Notes under the pieces: model-generated
The model's database searches: none
Seen by the model: the letters and a program-made list of their open reading frames with translations, nothing else
Told to the model about the DNA's origin: nothing
NCBI RefSeq assembly: GCF_030684315.1
Contig: NC_081359.1
Location: 95,822,838-95,886,837 of the forward strand
Direction: 5' to 3'
Length of the DNA: 64,000 nucleotides
Source: Stegostoma tigrinum
Taxonomy: Eukaryota
Program-made: the position numbers and the translations under genes
Shown here: positions 27,517 to 36,431 of the stretch, piece after piece
How the letters are laid out: each line of letters starts with the position of its first letter
Numbering within the stretch: the stretch's first letter is position 1

Positions 27517-28476
27517 GATAATGGGAACTGCAGATGCTGGAGAATCCAAGATAATAAAATGTGAGGCTGGATGAACACAGCAAGCCCAGCAGCATCTCAG
27601 GAGCACAAAAGCTGACGTTTCGGGCCTAGACCCTTCATCAGAGAGGGGGATGGGGTGAGGGTTCTGGAATAAATAGGGAGAGAGGGGGAGGCGGACCGAA
27701 GATGGAGAGAAAAGAAGATAGGTGGAGAGAAGAGTATAGGTGGGGAGGTAGGGAGGGGATAGGTCAGTCCAGGGAAGACGGACAGGTCAAGGAGGTGGGA
27801 TGAGGTTAGTAGGTAGGAGATGAAGGTGCAGCTTGGTGTGGGAGGAAGGGATGGATGAGAGGAAGAACAGGTTAGGGAGGCAGAGACAGGTTGGACTGGT
27901 TTTGGGATGCAGTGGGTGGAGGGGAAGAGCTGGGCTGGTTGTGTGGTGCAGTGGTGCAACTCATATTCCGCTTGGGAACCCTGCAGCCCAATGACATCAA
28001 TGTGGACTTCACCAGCTTCAAAATCTCCCCTTCCCCACCGCATCCCAAAGCCAGCCCAGTTCATCCCCTCCCCCCACTGCACCACACAAACAGCCCAGCT
28101 CTTCCCCTCCACCCACTGCATCCCAAAACCAGTCCAACCTGTCTCTGCCTCCCTAACCTGTTCTTCCTCTCACCCATCCCTTCCTCCCACCCCAAGCCGC
28201 ACCTCCATCTCCTACCTACTAACCTCATCCCACCTCCTTGACCTGTCCGTCTTCCCTCGACTGACCTATCCCCTCCCTACCTCCCCACCTATACTCTCCT
28301 CTCCACCTATCTTCTTTTCTCTCCATCTTCGGTCCGCCTCCCCCTCTCTCCCTATTTATTCCAGAACCCTCACCCCATCCCCCTCTCTGATGAAGGGTCT
28401 AGGCCCAAAACGTCTGCTTTTGTGCTCCTGAGATGCTGCTTGGCCTGCTGTGTTCATCCAGCTTCACACTTTATTA
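27517..28476. mobile_element. Penelope-like insertion with inverted pseudo-LTR (~400-bp palindrome)
   Basis: 27551-27954 is the reverse complement of 28074-28476; the loop encodes QLIFRLGTLQPNDINVDF (GIY-YIG C-terminus); TSD tcacagattcacagg at 27502-27516 / 28477-28491. Confidence 0.9.
27612..27641 (-). ncRNA. minimal hammerhead ribozyme motif (intact core)
   Basis: Reverse complement reads CUGAUGAAGGGUCUAGGCCCGAAACGUCAG. The + strand partner at 28387 has GAAA changed to AAAA. Confidence 0.7.
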
Positions 28477-28869
28477 TCACAGATTCACAGGTATCAGATT
28501 CACAGGAATATCACCACCTGCAAGCTCCCCTCCAAGGTCTTTTCACCAGAGGAAGGGAGTCCAAGACAAGCGGGCACAGGTTTAAGGTGAGAATAAAAAG
28601 ATTTAACAGGGACCCTGAGGAGGTCTTGGAACTGTGTCCCTGTTTCTTTACTATCATTCGGTCAAAAATCCTGGAACTCCCTCCCTAAGAAACCGTGAGC
28701 ATCCCAAAATCCTATGAACTGCAGCTGAACTGCAGCAGTTCATGGAGGCAGCTCACCACCGCCCTCTACAAGGCAACTTGGGATGGGCTGTCACTGCTGC
28801 CCAAGTCAGTGACATCCACATCCCATGAACACATAATGAAGAAGAAGTATTACTCTGCTGCCTCAGGGT

Positions 28870-29180
28870 CCATGTGTTCACAGGGAATGTTGAGTGAAAT
28901 CAATTTCTTTAAGGGACGTGGGTGTGGCTGGTTTGGAGTCACGCCACATCAGGTAAGGATGGCTGGTTTCCTTCCCTAAAAGACATTCATGGGCGAGATG
29001 GGATTTCATGGTATTAGGCAATGGGTTACATGGTAGCATTAGGCTAGATTTTAATTCCGAATTGTCACTGAATTCAAATTTTATCATCTGCCATGGCAGG
29101 ATTTGAACCTTTTCACCAGAACATGAGCTGGAGGTTCTGGATTACAATTCCAGGGACATTACCACTACACATTGCCTCCC
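28870..29180 (-). mobile_element. SINE family B (diverged)
   Basis: ggtaaggatggctggtttccttccctaaa...ggatttgaacc...attgcctcccc. Confidence 0.7.
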
Positions 29181-29714
29181 CAGTGATGCTGAAGCAAAAT
29201 TAGGCAAGGATTGTGAGAAGCAGTGTGCAGCATTTATGGCTCTGTAACAGACATTAAAAAAGAAAAGCTAATTAATCAACCTGTTCGGCCATGTTATGAG
29301 ATATCTCAATTTCAGGGTGGGACTGCGATGCAGACCTTCTGGCCCAGCAGTAGGAATACTCCCATGACATCACAATAGCTCCTTGACAGGTTTGTACATT
29401 CAACAAAAATGTATTCATGTTCACTACATTTATTCATATAATGACTAGCTATATGAATGAATGTATCTTAACAGCATCACCAACAATGTCTACAATTGGA
29501 TCAATTCCCTACTAGTTTACCAAATTGAGGAAACGTGAAGTGTAATGTGATGTCCTTACTTCAGGTCAAAAAGATCATTTCCCACTGACCCCTGAGGTGT
29601 GTCATGTCAAACATGTTGAATAGTAATGTGAGTTTGGACTGTGCAGATACATTTCAAAACATTGGACCTGTGCACAAGAAATGAACTCTGAATAGCTAAT
29701 TGAAGTGGCATAAT

Positions 29715-30385
29715 ATTTATTTTCTCGTTTTTGAGATGTGAAAATTGCTGGCAAGACTCAGATACATTGCTCATCTCTAGTTGTTCTTGGGAATGTGGTG
29801 CTGAGCTGCCTTCTTGAACTGGTGCAATCAGACTGGTGTAGGTATAACCAATGGAGCTGTTGGCAACAGAGTTCCCAGATTTTGGCTCAGCAACAATGAA
29901 AGAATGGTGATAGAGTTCCAAGTCAGTTTGATGAGTGACGTGGAGAACAGTTAGCAACAGTTGCTGTTCCTATGTTTCTGGACACAGATTTTGAAGGTGC
30001 TGTCAGAGGGAGCCTGGTGACTTACTGCAGTGCATCTTGTAAATGATACACACTGCTGCCACTGCGTGCTAGTTGTAGAGGGAGTGAATGTTGAAGATGG
30101 TGAATAAGGTGTCATTCAAGCTGCTATGTCTTCAATAGCCTCAAACTTTGTGCATGTTTTTGGAGCTGTAGTCATCTAGGTAAATGGAGAGCATTCCACC
30201 ACACACTCTTGGCTTGTGTGTCGTACGGGGACAGGCTCTGGGGAGTCCAAAAACAGATTACTCACCAGAGAATTCACAGCATCTGACATCATCTTGTCAT
30301 CACAATATATATGTTATAGGTTCAGTAAATTTTCTGGTCAACAGTAACCCACAGGGTGTTAATGTTGAAGTGATTCAGCAATGCT
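29715..30385 (-). mobile_element. LINE 3' end (family of 15575-16555)
   Basis: Reverse complement of the catca.actgacttggaactctatcacc / caagaaggcagctcagcaccac blocks. Confidence 0.7.
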
Positions 30386-30414
30386 GAAGCTGCTCAATGT
30401 CAAGGAAATATATA

Positions 30415-30800
30415 GAATCGTTGAATCATAGAGTACAGAAGGCCCTTCAGTGGATCTAGTCTGTAACAAAAAAAAACTAATCTGAATCTACACTCGTCCC
30501 AGCTTCCGGCATTTTGCCCATAGCCCTGAATGTTATGAGTGCTCACCCAAGTACATTTAAAGACTGTCAGATTTCCAGCTTCTACTACCCTCCCAAGCAT
30601 TGCATTTCAGATTTCCACCATAGTCTGGGTGTAACTGTTTTTCCTCAGATCCTCTCTAAATTTCCCTTTGTCCCACACCTTAAAATTACACCTCCACATT
30701 GTTGAACCTTCATCTAAGGGGCATAGCTGCTTTCTATCCATGCTGTCTATGCATCTTTTACACCACAATGGGGTGTGGTCTCAGCCTCCCTGCTCGAAAG
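30415..30800 (-). mobile_element. CR1 LINE 3' end
   Basis: Minus-strand VVEAG..TVFK and gggccttctgtactctatgattc tail. Confidence 0.65.
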
Positions 30801-31851
30801 CAAACAGGGTTTATTTAGGTTCACTGTCATTGGAGATGCTCATTGTTTACTGATCGTCATCATTTTTAACCACTGGAGATTGTAAACAGATAAATATGGA
30901 GCCTTTCAAAATGGGCATGATGACAGGGGGTGGGGGTGGAAGGTGCAGAGTTGCAAGTTGTAGAATTGGATCGGAGCACTCGGATCAGATTCCTGCCATC
31001 AGGAAACTATCCCCAATTAAGTCTGGGGCACAATGAGCTTTCAAAAATTCCCAAATCAACCTGTTCAGAGGTGTCATTATTCACTTCTAGGGCAGATAAG
31101 ACTTGAACCTGGGCCTCTTGGTTCACTTTCACTTGGAACAGACTTTCCCCAATGAGTTTGATACTGGAATCTTGTCCAGAGGAGCAGGATGTCAATTTGC
31201 CTCATTCATAGAAAAGAACAAAGAATAATACAGCACAGCAACAGGCCTTTCAGCCTCCAAGTCTGCACCGATACATTTTGGCCTTTCATTCTGAAACTAC
31301 ATGCACTATTTGAAATTAGTTATCCCTGATCCCATCAGAATTTATTGGTGGCTCAAGGATGTAATGAAACTAACTGAGCTCTCTCAAACTTCTTGAAGGC
31401 TGCAAAGCCGCAACCAAGAGGCTTGTCTGGGGCCTCATAAGGCGATCGATCATTGTTGGGTACTCAGTGCCAAACTTTTGGACCAGATTTTTGGAAGTGA
31501 GCTGCTGAAGGTCACCCTCTGTCTTCATGTCTGACCGTCTCACCAAACCCCCTCATCCCAGGGCAAACCTTTACCCATGGCCCCCTTCCCACCACTCACC
31601 ACTGTACAGGGATCCACTGGAGATGGATTTTATTTGGCTGTGAAGTATTGCCAGTTGCAGCCACCTCTCACGTTGGTGAGTTGGTGGGTTTGGGAACCCA
31701 TGTTGCTAATGTAACAATGCAAATCCTGTTACTGAATCTACTTGTTTCAAATAGCAGGACACTGCGAGGAAAATCACAGCCCAAACAAACTCCATCAGGC
31801 TGCAGGAGCGACGGTTTGACTAACATATCAAATCTCTCATATTCCCAATAG

Positions 31852-31995
31852 ATGCTTATCCGACCTCAGAAGTTATTTACACATGGACGAACGAAACTCA
31901 CAAATCGGTGGTCGTGGCAGAAGATGGATCGCGTCTAAATCAGTACGATTTATTAGGTCAAACTGTGGGTAGTGAACTTATCCCTTCAAACACAG
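31852..31995 (+). CDS. GABRA5: GABA-A receptor alpha subunit (alpha5-like) internal coding exon, extracellular loops B/F/C
   Basis: cccaatag|ATGCTTAT...AACACAG|gtcagt; 144 bp, phase 1/1. Translates (Y)[47 protein letters not shown](G), matching alpha5 [32 protein letters not shown]. Not in the ORF track. Confidence 0.9.
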
Positions 31996-32177
31996 GTCAG
32001 TTTAGATTTTCACCTACTTTTGCTCAAAGGTATGAGATAACTGCTACACTTTAACTCAAGATTTTTAGAAAAAATTTCAGTGGGTCATTTACTTATTACT
32101 ATGTTATAAGTGCCCATAAATTTCAGGTTCTAATAGCGAGGAGACTACTCTGTGGAGAAAGGACCACACAGTTGAAA

Positions 32178-32610
32178 GTAAAAACAGGAAGTGTTAGAGG
32201 AACTTAACAGCTCTGGCAGCATCTGTAAAGAGAGAAACAGAATTAAGATTTTTAATCCATGATGTGGAGGTGCCGGTGTTGGACTGGGGTGGAAAAAGTC
32301 GGAAGTCACACGACACTAGGTTATAGTCCAAAAGTATTTGAAATCACAAGCTTTCGGAGCATAGCCCCTTCATCACCTGACAGTCCGAAAGCTTGTGATT
32401 TCAAATAAACCTGTTTGTCTATAACCTAGTGTCGTGTGACTTCTGGCTTTGAATCTAATATGACTTTTTCTGGGCATGTATCTTCCGATGTGGCTGCTTT
32501 ACTAAACAATGTTGTAAGCAAATAAATCTGCTGCAAAACCTGCTGAGTTTCTCCAGCACCTTTTATTATGTCTGAGATTTTCCAGCATTCACAGTATTTT
32601 TGCTTTCACA
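32178..32610. mobile_element. nested Penelope-like palindromes (insert ~32259-32450 inside an older palindrome)
   Basis: Inner arms 32295-32358 / 32384-32450 with minus-strand gtgatga-aggggctatgctcc-gaaagctt; outer arms ...ctggcagcatctg / ...cctgctgagtttctccagc. Confidence 0.7.
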
Positions 32611-33446
32611 TAATTAAGGTTACTGATCCTATCAACGGTGCTCATTTGTTCCAATGTCCAACAACTGCTGGCTTGCTCTTCGTTTGTAAAATGTACGCTA
32701 CCTTCCTTATGAAACCATTTCATAGTATAAGCTGTATTCCGAGCTGAAACATACTAGCTGGTTTTCAGTCAGTAACAAATTGCAATTCCCTCAGGACACA
32801 GCTGGTGGTGAATGAAAGCTGGATACAGCTACCCTGACTGATCCAGAAACAGTGTCTCCATGAGTTGGTGCTTTCAGACCAAGGAGGTTTCCGATCATGG
32901 GGTAAGTCGCCCATTGGTCCACACGATATAGATCACGCAGCTAAACATTGGCTTCGCACGACGTCGTACCCAGTCAAACAGTCCGCTCTGATTGGCTGCT
33001 GGCTGTGAAATTTCACACACATGGGGCCGGCAACTGTTATGGCCGCACTGGATTTCCCCGCCCCCCGCAGAACAGACTGGCGCTACTCCAACGCAGCAGA
33101 TTCACTAATTATGCCGAAGGTAGTTGTTTTATCCGCGTCGATGATTTGAAATCTGCTGCTAGGGCCGGTCACAGAACTCCACCAAGGATTTGGGATTAAG
33201 GTTTAACAATTAGGATTTTATTGAAATTACTTTGCTGCACAACGCATTGGTTCGCCTTCGAGCTGTGGAGAATTCCCTAAGGTCCGGACGTACTGTCGTT
33301 GACCAAAACAACGATAGTGCTCATTGACTTATTTCTAAGGGTAAATGGTCAACATGCAAACTAATACGTCAGATTTTTTTTGCATTGAATGAATCAATTT
33401 TTGCACACGCGTGCGTGGACATATACGGAAAACACTGCTGGGAGGG

Positions 33447-33568
33447 TGGTCCTTCCACATTGTGGCTCTCCCATAGTGTTTTCAATGGGCCGTGGAGCGC
33501 AAATACAACTCGTGACATTGTGTGTCTTGTTATTTGATAGTCTCATGAAAGAATATTCCACAGGGTCA
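33447..33568 (+). repeat. duplicated structured element, copy 1
   Basis: Roughly 80% identical by eye to 34795-34907; self-complementary ends TGGTCCT / AGGGTCA. Confidence 0.8.
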
Positions 33569-34794
33569 AAAGAAAGCTATTTGCAGTGATTCTGAGAATT
33601 TAGGGTGGGTACGTCTGATTCCTTGGCAGTTGGAAAAAGAAACATGGGTTTGAAGAAAGTTAAGAAAGGAGCCCACACTGAATCATCCAGCCACCCGCAT
33701 CATGAGGGAGTATCTAGGTGTGAGAGTTTGCCTGCAGGAAGCGCTGTATCCTTCATTTGCTCGGAAGTGCGTTGCACTCCAATCTGCCTTTCGGATTACA
33801 CCGAGATGCTTTTTTTCCGTATTGCGTAAAGACGCGTGGTATTAGAGGATTGCTTCCCCCCCGCCCCCACTTGTTAAAACGGGGCGTAAATCGCTTCATA
33901 ATTTCAGTGATAGGCAGAAACGCTCACAAAGATCCTCACAGAACTCCAGAAATTATTTGAAGAGTACACAAAAGAGGCAAATCGGACGAGAGCATTTGAA
34001 AATAAAATCACAAACGCTGAAAATATTAACCAAGGCAAAACTTACATCTCGTGGCGTTTTCTGCTTCCTTTCTTCAAAGAGTATATATACACACAGTCTG
34101 ATTCAAAAATGCCTGTCACTAAGTGAGTTGCCTATTTGGAGAGCTGTCACAGACGCGGGGGGCCGAATGGACTGCCTCTGCATTTTCGTGGTGCTGTGTT
34201 TATGGCACCAGGTTAATTTGCACCGTTAAGGTAATTGAGAATTGTTCTTGCTCTCGCCCACCATCTCCCCCCCTCCCCCCGATTTAGGGTGCCCGACAGA
34301 GTCACTTCCTGTTTCGATATTCTAGCACTCCTGAAATGTTCTGAGGAAAAGGTTGAGTGAGACCTTTGATTTATCACTGAGGGCATTGACGGCTCAAGGC
34401 AGGCTACAGTATCCGCTGGTCTACAATGTATTGTTCCATGGCAACCCACAATGAATGAATGAAAGCCCCCACCTCCCATCGTTTATTCCGAGCAACATCG
34501 CACTACACTACAGTGCAGACCTGCGAGTTCAAGTAGATGTTCGCACACTTCAAACTGGGACTCACCAATTGACGATCATGGCCGCGTTGTTTTCTGCAGC
34601 GAATGGTATTTCCCCATTGACTTTCAGCAACAGGATGCTCACCAGGAGACCCAGTGCTTCTGACATGGTGCTGCTTGGCGATCTGTACCCCTCTCTCTGG
34701 CAATAACACGTTCAAAAAGGACAGCAGGCAACCGGCTGGCGGCCACATGGCCCAAGGAGACGAGATATTTGACACATTTTCACCTCACATCGTG

Positions 34795-34907
34795 TGGCCC
34801 TTCCACATTGTGGCGTTCCCGTGATGTCTCAATGGGCCGTGGATCGCAAATACAAGTCGTGAACTTGTGTCCTATTTTTTATTTGATAAGAATACTCCAC
34901 AGGGCCA
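34795..34907 (+). repeat. duplicated structured element, copy 2
   Basis: Direct repeat of 33447-33568; ends TGGCCCT / AGGGCCA; followed by an A-run. Confidence 0.8.
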
Positions 34908-35832
34908 GAAAAAAAACCTTCGACTGACACGACAGGCGCTGTATACGGTCCACAGGAATCAGGGCAGAGTGGATGTGACACACTGCTGGATGCAGATTGC
35001 AATGAGGGATTAGTAGGCGAATAAAAATCGGCTTTCCAACAGAGAGCAGCCGCCGTGAGCTCTTTTACGGACATAGATAAGTTATGTCCATTGACATTAC
35101 ACAACTGAAGCACTGACTCAACATTTTATGAATAACTGTTTTCGTCCATTTCTGTCTTAAGTACTGATTTTTATTTGACTTTTCTTCCTGAACTTGCAGA
35201 AAGAGTTAAACAGCAGTGCAAAACTATGTTAAAAAGAACGCGCGTTAAAATCTGTTCTGGTGCATATAGCTGATCTTAGGTGGAACTGTGGCGTACTGAC
35301 AGCTGGATTGTCACCTGTTGCAGGACAGTTAATTCTACACTCTGGTTGCAGTTTGAGAAGTGGGACTCTGTCCAATGAACCAACCTAGGAGTCAAGAGTG
35401 AACTTAATTCTGGAGCGAATGGAGGTGGCGGAAGCCAGATAAAGATGAGTTTTCTTTGCGCCTTGTTGATATCCGGACTTTAACCGGCTCCAAAGTAAGA
35501 TAGTTCCATCGTATCTCGGCGCTTCCAGATTAACTTTCTCAGCCCCATTTAAAATAAGTCTTACTAATTTGGTCTTTTCTGTCCCTGTGCCTCAGTTGCT
35601 GTTCCCCTTAATTGGTATTCTTGTGAACTGTCAGGATGATTGCAAGACTAGAACCCTCCGCAGAATATGTTTTTTGAGTACCCTAGATTCTACATTAACA
35701 AACACCTATTTTTATACCTGTGAAAAGGTATGATAAAAGACCAAATTGTATAGTTCAACATAATTAATTCTTAAATTGTTGTTTAATTGTTGTATGGCAT
35801 CCTGGTTGACAAGTGAACTCAAGTAGTGCAGG

Positions 35833-36055
35833 GATAATGGGAACTGCAGATGCTGGAGAATCCAAGATAATGAAGTGTGTAGCTGGATGAACACAGCAGG
35901 CCAAGCAGCATCTTAGGAGCACAAAAGCTGACATTTCGGGCCTAGACCCTTCATCAGAAAAAAATGATGAAGGGTCTAGGCTCAAAATGTCAGCTTTTGC
36001 ACTCCTGAGATGCTGTTTGGCCTGCTGTGTTCATCCAGCTACACACTTTGTTATC
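35833..36055. mobile_element. palindromic PLE terminal element with two opposed (decayed) HHRs
   Basis: Arms ~35866-35957 / ~35965-36055 separated by an A-run. Confidence 0.8.
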
Positions 36056-36203
36056 ACGTAGTATGGAGCTTTATTGCTTCATTGCTAGGCCATGCCGGTT
36101 TGATGAGCAAGTCAATATCTATGAAGTCCCCTAAGTATTCTCTCCAATAAGATGGCTTGGAGCACAGCTTGAACCCCACAAGGCAAGGACAAGCTGGACA
36201 TTC

Positions 36204-36431
36204 GAGATAACAAGGTGTAGAGCTGGATGAACACAGCAGGCCAAGCAGCATCAGAGGAGCAGGAACGCTGACGTTTTGGGCCTCGACCCTTCATCAGTGA
36301 TTTCTGAAGAAGGGTCCAGACCTGAAACACCAGCTTTCCCGCTCCTCTGATGCTGCTTGGCCTGCAGTGTTCATCCAGCTCTACACCTTGTTTTCTCAGA
36401 TTCTCCAGCATATGCAGTTCCTACTATCTCT
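36204..36431. mobile_element. palindromic PLE terminal element with two opposed (decayed) HHRs
   Basis: TSD caagctggaYattc at 36190-36203 / 36432-36445; arms meet at cttcatcag-tgattt-ctgaagaag. Confidence 0.82.

Larger units (their letters stand above)
32880..35530. promoter_or_regulatory. intronic CpG island with promoter-like motif cluster
   Basis: About 3-6 CpG per 60-bp line in the densest part versus about 0-1 elsewhere. ATTGG at 32913, 32947, 32991; GC boxes at 33056 and 33859; TTTGAA at 33145; no recognisable repeat family. Confidence 0.65.

Noticed and set aside
27597-28431. Mirror-image 174-aa Pro/Ser-rich ORFs
   Set aside because: They are artefacts of the low-complexity PLE palindrome; the same peptide recurs at 4371-4853.
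1-31851. Upstream Cys-loop exon (RLTISAECPM...CPLKFGS)
   Set aside because: A by-eye scan for FPMD/CPLKFG codons found nothing. It probably lies outside the window, though a miss cannot be excluded.
33447-34907. The duplicated element as an LTR pair or H/ACA snoRNAs
   Set aside because: There are no TG...CA ends, PBS, PPT or TSD for an LTR pair. An H-like AUACAA and an ACA exist, but both fall in or against predicted stems, so the H/ACA layout fits poorly.
32948-35113. Short ORFs in the CpG island as nested or viral genes
   Set aside because: All are under 100 aa with no recognisable motifs, as expected by chance at higher GC content.
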